DNA from: Bacteroidota bacterium
GTDB lineage: Bacteria > Bacteroidota > Bacteroidia > Flavobacteriales_D > Sanyastnellaceae
Direction of reading: 5' to 3'
Assembly (NCBI GenBank): GCA_039805165.1
Contig: JBDLUS010000191.1
Coordinates: forward strand, 1,500-65,499
DNA length: 64,000 bases
Shown: positions 19,121 through 30,300 of the stretch, one piece after another
Layout: each line of letters begins with the position of its first letter
Numbering within the stretch: the first letter of the stretch is position 1
Made by a program: the position numbers and the translations under genes
Notes under the pieces: generated by a model
What the model saw: the letters and a program-made list of their open reading frames with translations, nothing else
What the model was told of the DNA's origin: nothing
The model's database searches: none

Positions 19121-20638
19121 TTATTTTACAGTAACACGAACAGTGTTAGCCGTTCCGTTGATAGTTACATTCAACATGTAAACACCAGCAGAAAGGTTAG
19201 AAACATCTAAACGTGAAGTGTAGTTTCCAGCAGCTTGGCTACCGATATACTCAGTCATAACACGCTCACCAACTACGTTGATAACGTCAACAGTTACAAC
19301 ACTGTTGTTAGTTAAGCCGTAAGCAACATTGATGAAATCGTTAGCAGGGTTAGGGTAAACATTAACACCAGCAGTTAGACTAACTTCTTCGATACCTACT
19401 ACAGTGTTAACGTTAGAAGGAGCAGCAGCTTCAGCGAAGTTGTAAGTTCCATCGTAGTTCCACAAAGTAGAGAAGGTAGCACCAGCATCGTTAACCGAAG
19501 TTACGTAGAAGTGACCGTTTGAAGCAGCACCCCATTGCATGTCGTAGAAACCATCACCGTAAGCATCAGTAGCTGAGAAAGTGTAACATCCAGTTGATGG
19601 AAGGTAAACGTCAACAATCTTAGTTGAGTTGTCAGCAGGAATTGGAGCAGCACCGTAGTTAGCAGAAGCTACAACGTTTCCAGCATCATCAGTGATAGAC
19701 CAAGAAGACTCTTCTGGGTAACGGTCAAATAAGATGTCAAGTTTAACGTGAGTTGTACCGTTATCAGCGAAAGCGATAGCAGCAGAAGTTCCATTGTTTG
19801 CTGTGTTGTCATCAGCAGAAGTAATAGAAACGTTCAAGTTAGTAGCACCAGTGATAGCAACTGAACCAACGTTAACTGTTTCAACAGCGTAAGTAGCTAA
19901 GTTTCCAGTCCAGTTGAAAGTAACAGGAGCAGTACCACCAGTTACAGTGATAGTGCAAGCAGTTAATGGAGCAGTACCGTTGTTTTGAATAGTTACAGCA
20001 ACGTCAACGTTTCCGCAAGTAGCCAAATCACCATCGTAGCTTAACATTGAAGGGTCATTTGATTGAGAAGCTGGAGGAGGACACTCTTGAAGAGTAGCAT
20101 ACAAACCAGCAGCATCTAATTGTCCAACTTCAGTTACAATGCGGTTAGGGCAAATGCGGTAGATAGTTGGGAAGTAAGCAATAGCGTAATCATCGTTGAT
20201 TGTACCAGCTAAAGCAGAAGCAGGGTTAGCCAAAGGAAACTCGATAGCAGTTCCTGATGGGTTTAACCAGTTACCTTGCGTGTTAGCACCAGTACCAGCC
20301 ATGTCAGCGTCAGTAGTAGCACCGTCACCGTCGATCCAAATAACCATTACGTCATCAGAAGTGTTTGCAGATACTCCTGGAGCACCAGCAGGACCGTGGT
20401 TAGCATACAATTCATCCAATGCACCAGACAAGTGGAAGTTCCAACATGGTCCGCACCATGTTGCAGATACGTCAAGGTATACAGTGTATCCTTGATCTAA
20501 ATAGTTGTACAAGTTGTGAGAAACACCGAATTGGTCAGTGATTGTGAAATCTTGACCAAACGATCCTGCTGGCAACTGAGCGAAAGACATTGTTGACGAC
20601 ATCACGGCAACAACCATCAATAGTAGAGCTTTTTTCAT
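19121..20638 (-). CDS. secreted thioredoxin-domain protein with T9SS type A C-terminal sorting domain
   Basis: ORF 19121..20698. The start is probably at 20638 (MKKALLLMVVAVMSSTMSFAQ). The N-terminal redoxin-like region reads LDVSATWCGPCWNFH. Middle beta-sandwich-like regions follow. The C-terminus VNVYPNPANDFINVAY...GVYMLNVTINGTANTVRVTVK fits the Por sorting-domain pattern. Confidence 0.8.
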   Translation of the reverse strand: MKKALLLMVVAVMSSTMSFAQLPAGSFGQDFTITDQFGVSHNLYNYLDQGYTVYLDVSATWCGPCWNFHLSGALDELYANHGPAGAPGVSANTSDDVMVIWIDGDGATTDADMAGTGANTQGNWLNPSGTAIEFPLANPASALAGTINDDYAIAYFPTIYRICPNRIVTEVGQLDAAGLYATLQECPPPASQSNDPSMLSYDGDLATCGNVDVAVTIQNNGTAPLTACTITVTGGTAPVTFNWTGNLATYAVETVNVGSVAITGATNLNVSITSADDNTANNGTSAAIAFADNGTTHVKLDILFDRYPEESSWSITDDAGNVVASANYGAAPIPADNSTKIVDVYLPSTGCYTFSATDAYGDGFYDMQWGAASNGHFYVTSVNDAGATFSTLWNYDGTYNFAEAAAPSNVNTVVGIEEVSLTAGVNVYPNPANDFINVAYGLTNNSVVTVDVINVVGERVMTEYIGSQAAGNYTSRLDVSNLSAGVYMLNVTINGTANTVRVTVK

Positions 20639-20708
20639 TTGATAAATTATTAATAGGTTTACTTTAGGGCAACGAATATAAAGAAATATTTCGGCCAATT
20701 ACTTTTTA

Positions 20709-20716
20709 TATCTTTG
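20709..20716 (+). promoter_or_regulatory. candidate -7 promoter box (TATCTTTG); would give a leaderless or near-leaderless mRNA
   Basis: Perfect TAnnTTTG ending 4 nt before the ATG at 20721. Confidence 0.3.
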
Positions 20717-20720
20717 GAAA

Positions 20721-21434
20721 ATGAAAAAAAATATTCTCTTTTTTGGATTGGCGCTTTCTTTCGTTGGTGTGTCAGCGCAATCAATTGAACTTGTAAATCC
20801 AGTAGTTCAAGTTAATGCAACGGCTGCCACCCTAACCGGAGCAGGCGAAATGGTTGCTGAATGGCCTGTAACGAATATTTCAGACGTTTCTGTTTCTGTT
20901 AAATGCAGTCGAAGCGTAATTTCAGAAATTCCCGGTTCGTCTAATTATTTCTGCTGGGGCGTTTGCTACGGAGAAACGACCAATGTTTCGCTCTTAGCGC
21001 AAACAATTCTTGCAAGCGATACCAATCATACATTTTACGCACATTACAAGCCCCTCGGTAATCCTGGAGAAACCGTAATCAGTTATTGCTTCTTCAATAT
21101 GGCAAACCCTGCTGATCAAGCGTGTCAAACGGTCAGTTTTTGCTACGAATCTACCTGTCCTTTGGGAGTAGATGACGAGGCAGTTTCAAAACTTGAATTA
21201 GTTGGAAGTAACCCTTTGAAAGGTCTAAGTTTCATGAATTATAAATTACCAACAGGAGAGAAAGAAGGACAGTTAGTCATCACAAATCTTCAAGGTAAAC
21301 TAGTTAAGCAAGTTACAGTAAAAGGAAATTCTGGAAGCATTTTGTTAAATGCTCAAGATTATGCTGCAGGAGTTTATCAGTTTACATTATCAACATCAAA
21401 AGGACGCGAAACCATTCGTGTTGTAGTTGAATAA
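20721..21434 (+). CDS. small Cys-rich secreted protein with T9SS type A C-terminal sorting domain
   Basis: 237 aa with a signal peptide (VGVSAQ). It contains CWGVC plus further Cys residues (CQTVSFCYESTC). The C-terminus LVGSNPLKGLSFMNYKL...LVITNLQGKLV...GVYQFTLSTSKGRETIRVVVE is CTD-like. Confidence 0.7.
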   Translation: MKKNILFFGLALSFVGVSAQSIELVNPVVQVNATAATLTGAGEMVAEWPVTNISDVSVSVKCSRSVISEIPGSSNYFCWGVCYGETTNVSLLAQTILASDTNHTFYAHYKPLGNPGETVISYCFFNMANPADQACQTVSFCYESTCPLGVDDEAVSKLELVGSNPLKGLSFMNYKLPTGEKEGQLVITNLQGKLVKQVTVKGNSGSILLNAQDYAAGVYQFTLSTSKGRETIRVVVE

Positions 21435-21454
21435 TTTATTAAGAAATGTAAATG

Positions 21455-21487
21455 AACAACCTCGAATTTCGAGGTTGTTTTATTTTT
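21455..21487 (+). terminator. rho-independent terminator
   Basis: Stem AACAACCTCG (21455-21464) pairs with CGAGGTTGTT (21470-21479), followed by TTATTTTT. Confidence 0.7.
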
Positions 21488-21488
21488 G
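21481..21488 (+). promoter_or_regulatory. candidate -7 promoter box (TATTTTTG) for the malic enzyme-ruvA-sprA transcription unit
   Basis: Perfect TAnnTTTG, 18 nt upstream of the ATG at 21507. It overlaps the preceding terminator's T-tract. Confidence 0.35.
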
Positions 21489-21506
21489 CGAACCCAAAGA
21501 AAGAAC

Positions 21507-23786
21507 ATGAAGCAAATAAAGAGGAAAGAAGCACTCGATTACCACGAGTTAGGTAGGAAAGGAAAGTTAGAAATTGTTCCAACAAAACCATACAGTACTC
21601 AACGCGATTTAGCGCTTGCTTATTCGCCGGGTGTTGCAGAACCAGTAAAGGCTATCGCGGAAAACATAGACGATGTCTACAAGTACACGGGCAAAGGAAA
21701 TTTAGTAGCGGTTATTTCAAACGGGACAGCAATTCTTGGTCTAGGGAACTTAGGTCCAGAGGCGAGTAAGCCCGTTATGGAAGGAAAGGGTATGCTCTTC
21801 AAAATATTCGCAGATATCGATTCCATTGACATTGAAATGAAGGCTACAGAAGTCGATGATTTTGTGAATACGGTCATCAACATTAGCCCAACGTTCGGTG
21901 GTATTAATTTAGAAGATATCAAGGCGCCAGAGGCTTTCGAAATCGAAGAGCGTTTGAAGGAAGCCCTCGATATTCCTATCATGCACGATGATCAGCACGG
22001 CACAGCAATTATATCAAGTGCTGCCTTGTTAAACGCTTTGGAAATAGCAGGAAAGAATATTGGCGATATTAAAATCGTGGTGAGTGGTGCAGGAGCAGCT
22101 GCCTTGAGTTGTTTGAACACTATGATTGGTCTCGGTTTGAATCCAGCGAATATTCGCATGTTCGACTCAAAAGGACTCATCAATAACTCAAGAGAAGATA
22201 TCGATCACAGAAAGAAGAGATTTGCAGTTGATTCGAATGAAAAGTCACTTGCTGAAGCATTGGTAAATGCCGATGTTTTCTTGGGTCTTTCGCAAGGAAA
22301 TATTGTCACACCAGAAATGGTTCAGTCCATGGCAAGCAATCCGGTTGTTTTCGCACTTGCTAATCCAGATCCTGAAATTCCTTTTGAAGAAGCTATGGCT
22401 GCACGTCCCGATGTAATCATGGCTACAGGTAGAAGTGATCATCCTAACCAAGTAAACAACGTTCTCGGTTTCCCATTCATATTCAGAGGAGCTTTAGACG
22501 TTCGCGCAACAAAGATCAACGATGCCATGAAGTTGGCTGCTGTTAAAGCATTGGCTGAATTGGCGAAGGCTACTGTTCCTGAAGAGGTAATGGAGGCTTA
22601 TCACATCACGAGCCTTTCATTCGGAAAAGATTATATCATTCCTAAACCAAACGACCCTCGCTTGTTAGTAGCCGTTTCCACAGCTGTTGCAAAAGCTGCT
22701 ATTGAAAGTGGTGTTGCTAAAAATCCAATCACAGATTGGGATGCCTATGCGAGCGAATTGCTAGGTAGAATGGGGCGCGACAATGCACTCACAAGAGGGA
22801 TTTCAGAGCGCGCAAGAAAAGACAAGAAACGTGTTGTTTTTGCTGAAGGAGATAACCCTAAAATCTTGAAGGCAGCAGAACAAGCGAAAGATGACGGCAT
22901 TGCCATTCCAATTTTATTGGGACAAGAAGAAAAAATTCGTGAACTTATTCGTGAGTTCGATTTGGATTTAGGCGATGTGGAGATTATTGATCCACGTCTC
23001 GATTCTCACAAGGCGGAACGCGAGAAATACGGCGAGTTCTTCTATCAGAAAAGAATGCGCAAGGGTATTACCAAAACAGAAGCCTCACGCATCATGCGTG
23101 AACGCAACTACTTCGGTGCAATGATGGTTGAAACAGGAGTAGCAGATGCGATGATTTCAGGAATGACACGTAATTACGCTAAAGTAATTCGTCCAGGATT
23201 GGAAACCATTGGAACTGCGAAAGATGTTAAAACGGTCTGCGGAATGTACATTGTTCAAACCCCGAAAGGCCCAATGTTCTTCGCTGATACAACAGTAAAT
23301 AGAGACCCAACAGCCGAGCAATTAGTAGATATTACGCTACTCGTTGCCGATGCAGTTTCAAAAATGAAAATTGCACCGAGAATGGCTATGTTGAGCTATT
23401 CGAATTTCGGTTCCTCGCATGGTTCTGATCCAGAGAAAGTGGCGAAGGCCGTTTCAATCCTGCACAGTAACCATCCGCATTTAATTGTAGACGGAGAGAT
23501 CCAGGCAAATTTTGCCTTGAATCCGGAAATGAGAAAAGAAAATTTCCCATTCTCGAAATTGGCCGACTCTAAAGTGAATACCTTAATTTTCCCAAACCTT
23601 TCTTCAGGAAATATTAGTTATAAAATTCTTCAAGAAGTTGCTGGGATGGAAGTAATAGGTCCAATTTTGTTGGGCATGAAAAGGAGTTATCATATCTTGC
23701 AAATGGGTTGCTCGGTGCGTGAAATCGTGAACATGGTTCGCGTAGCAGTTGTAGATGCTCAAGCCAAAGGAACCTTAAATAGATAA
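21507..23786 (+). CDS. maeB: NADP-dependent malic enzyme (malic enzyme domain + phosphate acetyltransferase-like domain)
   Basis: ORF 21486..23786 opens at a TTG. The first ATG, at 21507, gives MKQIKRKEALDYHE. Further strings are LAYSPGVAEP, GTAILGLGNLGP, GGINLEDIKAP and VVSGAGAAA. The C-terminal PTA-like half is about 330 aa. Confidence 0.92.
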   Translation: MKQIKRKEALDYHELGRKGKLEIVPTKPYSTQRDLALAYSPGVAEPVKAIAENIDDVYKYTGKGNLVAVISNGTAILGLGNLGPEASKPVMEGKGMLFKIFADIDSIDIEMKATEVDDFVNTVINISPTFGGINLEDIKAPEAFEIEERLKEALDIPIMHDDQHGTAIISSAALLNALEIAGKNIGDIKIVVSGAGAAALSCLNTMIGLGLNPANIRMFDSKGLINNSREDIDHRKKRFAVDSNEKSLAEALVNADVFLGLSQGNIVTPEMVQSMASNPVVFALANPDPEIPFEEAMAARPDVIMATGRSDHPNQVNNVLGFPFIFRGALDVRATKINDAMKLAAVKALAELAKATVPEEVMEAYHITSLSFGKDYIIPKPNDPRLLVAVSTAVAKAAIESGVAKNPITDWDAYASELLGRMGRDNALTRGISERARKDKKRVVFAEGDNPKILKAAEQAKDDGIAIPILLGQEEKIRELIREFDLDLGDVEIIDPRLDSHKAEREKYGEFFYQKRMRKGITKTEASRIMRERNYFGAMMVETGVADAMISGMTRNYAKVIRPGLETIGTAKDVKTVCGMYIVQTPKGPMFFADTTVNRDPTAEQLVDITLLVADAVSKMKIAPRMAMLSYSNFGSSHGSDPEKVAKAVSILHSNHPHLIVDGEIQANFALNPEMRKENFPFSKLADSKVNTLIFPNLSSGNISYKILQEVAGMEVIGPILLGMKRSYHILQMGCSVREIVNMVRVAVVDAQAKGTLNR

Positions 23787-23787
23787 C

Positions 23788-24378
23788 ATGCTCTATTCAT
23801 TAACAGGACAACTCATTGAGAAATCGCCGGTGCACGCGGTAATCGACTGCAATGGTGTGGGCTATTTTCTGAACATTAGTTTAGCCACTTATTCTGCACT
23901 TCCAAACAATGGAGAGGTAATGCTATACACTCATCTCCATGTGAACGGAAATGACTTCTCGCTAGTCCTGTACGGATTCTATTCCGACCAGGAAAAGGAG
24001 TTGTTTAAAAAATTGACAAGTGTAAGCGGTGTAGGTCCAAACACCGCTAGAATGGTTCTTTCAAGTTTGAATGTGAATGAATTAATTCAGGTCATTGCCA
24101 ATAAAGACCTCCCGTCGTTAAAGCGAATAAAAGGAATTGGTGAGAAAACAGCCGAAAGGATTCTTGTTGACCTGCACAACAAAGTTGGAAAGATTGACGG
24201 AGTTGTGATAGAAAAAATTGGAGGTGTGCACAATACGACTCGACAAGATGCGTTAGTGGCACTGTCCCAATTGGGCCTAGACAAAACCAAAACTGAAAAA
24301 ATGTTGGATAAAATTCTGCTTACCAATGGAGATTTGCCGTTGGAAGAACTTATCAAACAGGTATTGAAACAGATATAG
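23788..24378 (+). CDS. ruvA: Holliday junction branch migration complex subunit RuvA
   Basis: 196 aa. MLYSLTGQLIEKSP..VIDCNGVGY marks the OB domain. The HhH motifs are VSGVGPNTARMVLS and IKGIGEKTAERI. Confidence 0.92.
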   Translation: MLYSLTGQLIEKSPVHAVIDCNGVGYFLNISLATYSALPNNGEVMLYTHLHVNGNDFSLVLYGFYSDQEKELFKKLTSVSGVGPNTARMVLSSLNVNELIQVIANKDLPSLKRIKGIGEKTAERILVDLHNKVGKIDGVVIEKIGGVHNTTRQDALVALSQLGLDKTKTEKMLDKILLTNGDLPLEELIKQVLKQI

Positions 24379-24382
24379 AATT

Positions 24383-27300
24383 GTGAAAGAAGTAGTCCTC
24401 CGCCTCCTATCAAGAGCCATTTTCGTAATGGCCCTTTGTGTTTCTGGTTGGTTGGCCTGGGCAAATACTTCTGTTGAAACTCGCGTAATTGCAAAGTCAA
24501 ATCATAATTTCGTTTTTGCGCCAGATACCGTTACTCCGGTTTGGCCGAACGACGATACCCCAGCTCCAAGCGAAGGTGGAAACGGCATCGAAATTCCACT
24601 TCCAGATAATATTCATTATTCCGTTGAGTACAATCCGGAAACTGGACGCTACGAAGTCATTCAGAAAGTTGGAGATAAAATCGATTTTCGTAGAACTTCT
24701 ACCATGGATATGGAAGATTTCTTAGACTTCCAGTTAGATAAAAATGTAACCAAGTATTGGAACAAAATCAAGGACGATAAGTCTGCTGCAAACAAAGAGT
24801 TTGCTCCCGTAATTAAAGTGGGTGGAGATAATTTTGAACACATTTTTGGTTCGAATGAAATTGAAATACGTCCTCAGGGTTCTGCCGAATTGACCTTCGG
24901 TCTAAACTCTCAACGTACCGAAAACCCTCGTATTCCAGAGCGTCAACGAAAGAACACTAACTTCAATTTCGATCAGAAAATTCAAATGAATGTCATTGGT
25001 AACATTGGTACCAAAATGAAGTTGAAGGTGAATTACAACACCGAAAGCACGTTTGAATTTGAGAACAACATGAAGGTGGAATACACCGGTGATGAAGATC
25101 AAATCATGCGTAAGATTGAATTGGGTACAGTTGCGCTTCCATTAACAGGAACCCTCATGCCCGGTAGCCTTGGTCTCTTTGGTGCGAAAGTAGAAACCCA
25201 ATGGGGGAAATTGAAGAATACGACAATTCTTACCCAGCAAAAAGGTGAGCGAAAGGAAATCACAGTTCAAGGAGGAGCACAAACCACGCGCTTCGATATT
25301 GCCGCAGATAACTATGAAGCCAACCGACACTATTTCCTTTCAGGATATTTCAGAGACAACTATGATAATGCACTTGCGGCATTACCTGTCGTAAATAGTG
25401 GAGCAAACATTACGCGTATTGAAGTTTGGGTAGTGAATCAACAGGCCAATACGCAAGACGTTCGGAATATTATGGCCTTCACCGATTTAGGTGAAAACTC
25501 GCAATACATAGCTAGCGACTACAACAACTCGTCGTTGATTAGCCCCGCCCAATTGCCAAACCCAGATAATGAGAACAACAATCTCTTCAACGTTGTTTCC
25601 AACAATCAGAACATATTAGATTTTTCAAATGCCAATGCAGCAATTCAAGCTTTGGGATATGGAATGCGTCAGGGGATTCATTACGAGCGCGTGGGTAATG
25701 CAAGAAAATTAACTCCATCGGAGTATACGTACAATTCACGCCTTGGATTTATTTCTTTGAAACAATCGCTAAATAATGCAGAGGTATTAGCTGTTTCGTA
25801 TGAGTATACTTTGAACGGACAGACGTACCAAGTTGGTACGTTATCGCAAGACGGAATTGCAGCTCCTCAGGCGTTAATGTTGAAGATGCTCAAATCTTCA
25901 ATTACCTTGGTGAAACTTACCAATGGTGACCCTTCTCCGCTATGGAAGAACATGATGAAGAACGTCTACAATCTCGAATCTTTCGGTATTTCGCCGGAGA
26001 ACTTTAGATTGGAAGTTTGGTACAATAACCCTGCAACGGGTGTGAACATGAATTATATTCCTCGCGAACCTTTGAGCGGAAAATTGTTGTTGCAAGTTTT
26101 GAATCTCGATAGAATTGATGCGCAACAAATGCCAGGGAGCGATGGGTTTTTCGACTTCGTTCCAAACGCATCAACAGCGGGTGGATTGATAGACGCGTCT
26201 TCGGGTAGGGTGTTTTTCCCTATGATAGAACCTTTCGGCTCGCACCTTTCAGATCAGATTTATGCTGGTTTGGGAAACACGCCACAGGCCGCTCAAGTAG
26301 TTTCTCAGGTTGTGTTCCAACCGTTATACGATTCAACAAAAACAGCCGCTCAAATCGGATTCCCACAATTGAATCGTTTCCGAATCAAAGGAGAATATCA
26401 AAGTGCTTCTGGATCAGAAATTTCTTTGAACGCGTTGAATATTCCACAGGGTGCTGTAACCGTTACGGCCGGAGGAATGAGACTTGTTGAAGGAACTGAC
26501 TTCACCGTGAATTACAATTTAGGGAAGGTTACCATTCTCAACGAAAGCATTATGAGTTCAGGACAGCCTATAAAGGTGTCTGTTGAAAGTAACTCCATGT
26601 TCAATCTGCAATACAAGACTTTATTGGGAAGCCGATTCGACTACAAATTCTCGGATAACTTGGCTATGGGAGCCACATTCATGAATTTGAAAGAGCGTCC
26701 CTTAACGCAAAAGGTGAATGCAGGTGACGACCCCGTAAACAACGGAATGATTGGTTTCGATATGAATTTCCAAAAAGAGGTTCCAATAATTACAAAGTGG
26801 ATCGACCGCATTCCAGGAATTCAAACCAAAGAGAAATCGACTGTTACATTTAATCTTGAGGCAGCGAAAATTTTCCCGGGTCACTCGCGTGCAATTTCGA
26901 AAGATGGAAATGCATACGTTGATGATTTTGAGGGAAGCCAAAGTGTAATCGATTTACGCTCATTGAACCAGTGGTTCATGGCCTCTACACCGAAATTACA
27001 ATCTTCACTTTTCCCTGAAGGAGATTTCGAAGACAGTTTGGTTTATGGAGCGAATCGCGCGCAATTGTCTTGGTATATCATTGATCCATTGTTCTACAGA
27101 AACAGTTCTTACACCCCGCCAAATATTACGGTTGATATGCAAAGTGATCACCGCATGCGTGAGGTTTTAGAATCTGAAGTGTTCCCAAACAGACAATTAC
27201 CTTCAGGAACACCGCCGAACATTACCTGTTTAGATTTATCATATTACCCTGAAGAAAGAGGTATGTACAACTTCGAATTACCGAACGGTTATTCGGGTAG

Positions 27301-30300
27301 GTCAGCTGGACTGAATACAGACGGTACATTGAAAGATCCAGCAACACGTTGGGGTGGTATTCAACGCGCATTGACCACCACAGATTTTGAAACATCTAAC
27401 GTGCAGTTTATCCAGTTTTGGGTAATGGATCCGTTCAACGAAGATTCAGAAAATACGCAGGGTGGAGACCTTTATTTCAATTTAGGAAACGTAAGTGAAG
27501 ACGTTATGAACGATTCTCATATGAGTTTTGAAAACGGCTTTCCTTCTGCAAACAACGATCTTCCAATCGAACAAGGAACGTGGGGAAATTATCCCTCGCC
27601 AACAACCTTTAACGTGGTGAACGCATTTGATTATACTTCTGGAAACTACGAGCAACAAGACATCGGATTAGACGGGTTGAATTCTGCTGCGGAACAATCT
27701 TATTTCTCGAATTGGTTGTTGCAAGTACAAGGATTTTTAACACCTGACGCTTACGTTAAATATCAACAAGATGCTTCAGCCGATAACTTCAGTTATTTCA
27801 GAAGTTCTCAGGCAGATGCAGCTAATTTGAATACGTTGGAGCGATATAAAAACTTCAACAGATACGAGGGTAATTCGAATACCAATACTCCCGATGGTTA
27901 CCCAATTGCTGCAACCACTATTCCGAACTCAGAAGATATCAATCAGGATATTACACTGAATACCATTGAAAGTTACTTCCAATATAAAGTGAGTCTTCGT
28001 CCGGAAGATTTAGGTGATGGAAATCTAGGAAGAAATTATATCACTGACACATTCGTAACAACCAAGACCACCGCGAATAATGAAGAGCGTCAAATTCGCT
28101 GGTACCAATTTAAAATTCCAATTAAGGAATTTGAAAAGCGAGTGGGAAGTATTCCAGATTTTCGTTCAATCAGATACATTCGTATGTTCTTGAAAGGTTG
28201 GGAAGAACCAGTAACCCTGAGATTCGCTCGATTGGAATTGGTTAGAGGTGAGTGGAGAAAATATGACTATTCTCTAGCGGGAAATCAAGAACAGGAAATC
28301 AATGACGATCCGGAAACATCTTTCAGCATAGCTGCTGTGAACATAGAGGAAAATGGAAATCGTGAGCCTGTGCCATATGTTGTGCCTCCTGGAATCATTC
28401 GTGAGCAAGACGTATCGTCAGCAAACCTCAGAAATCTGAACGAACAGTCGCTTTCATTGAGTGTATGTAATCTGAAAGACGGTGACGCACGTGCGACGTA
28501 TAGAAATGTGAAGTACGATTTGCGACAATACAAACGCCTTCGCATGTTCGCTCACGCAGAGGCTGCAGGAATACAATCAGAATTGAAAGACAACGATGTC
28601 TCTGTATTTATTCGTTTAGGTTCCGACTTCGATCAGAACTACTACGAATACGAGGTTCCAATGAGTGTTACACCTTGGAACACGAATAACGACGATGAGA
28701 TTTGGCCGGCCGATAACAATTTCGATATTCAACTTTCAGATTTGCAAAATCTGAAAATCAATAGACCTTCAACCACTTCTGTTTTGTCAGTGGTAGATAC
28801 CATTCTCGACAACAACGTTCACCTTTCGGTAAAAGGAAATCCAAACCTTGCGAACATCACAACGATGATGATTGGTATACGCAACCCCGACAAAGACACG
28901 AATCCATTTGGCGTTACAGATGATGGGAAAGGGAAATGCGCCATTGTCTGGGTAAATGAATTGCGACTCTCTGAGTTTGATGAAAAATCCGGTTCAGCTG
29001 CAATAGCGCGTTTGAATGCTCAGTTGGCAGATTTTGGTAACCTTGCGGTTTCCGGAAACATTAGTACTCCCGGATGGGGCGCCATAGAGCAGCGAGTGCA
29101 ACAAAGGCAACAAGAAACGAAGATGGGGGTAGATGCGAGCAGCACGCTTCAACTTGGAAAATTCTTCCCAAAAGATTGGGGTGTTCAATTGCCAATGTAC
29201 CTCGGTTTCTCAGAGAATGTTCAAACACCGCGTTACAGCCCACTTCAACCAGATATTCAAATGACGGATTTACCGACATTGAATAAACCACTGAAGCAAA
29301 AATCGCAGACTTATACAAAGCGAAGAAGCATCAATTTTACAAACGTGAAAATAGCACCGAAGAAAGATGCTGCGGCTGCAAAAGGAGTTGGACTTCCAGG
29401 GGCCGATGATAAAGGGAAGCCAGGAACACAAGCTGCGCCAACCAACACCGATAAGCCTAAGTTTTACGGAATTGATAATTTCTCAGTGTCCTACGCCTAT
29501 AATGAAACCTACTTCCGCGATATCAATACAGATTGGAGATTACAAAAACAATATCAAGGTGCATTCGATTACAGCTTTACGAATAAGCCGAAAGAATTCA
29601 AACCGCTTGCGAATATCCCTGTAATCAAAACCTCTAAGTATTTGAAGTGGTTGAAGGAATTCAACTTCTACGCGGGTATCAAACAAATGAGTTTCAGAAC
29701 TGAAATGAATCGTTCGTACGAGACCAGTCGCATTCGAAATAACTCATTAGAGTTAACAGGAGTGTATAGCGATATGCTCATTCAAACTCAGGCTCAAAAG
29801 AATTGGAATTGGACAAGAAACTATTCCATGAAATACGATTTGACCAAGAATTTAAAAACAGATTTTACAGCGAGCAACATTGCTTTGGTTGGAGAGCCGC
29901 GCGGTGTAATCAATAAGAATGACGTTGATTGGTATGAATCTTACAAAGATTCTGTTTGGAGTAACATCCAAAATTTTGGAGAAACCACCACATACAACCA
30001 TAATGTGGGTGTGACATACAAGTTACCGTTGGATAAGTTTCCATTGCTGAATTTTATGAGTGCAGATGCTCGTTACGGTGGTACCTTCAGATGGGATCGT
30101 GCACCGTTTACCCAAGATACTTTGGGTAACACCATTCAGAACAGTCGCCAAATTCAGTTGAATGCTCAAGGTAATTTCGAGACGTTGTACAACAATGTCC
30201 CTCGATTGAAACAAGCATTAACCGGAAAGAAGCCAGACGCAGGAAAGAAGCCGGTTGCTGGTAAAAAAGATGACCCTACGAAAAAGGATGGATTCGGTGA

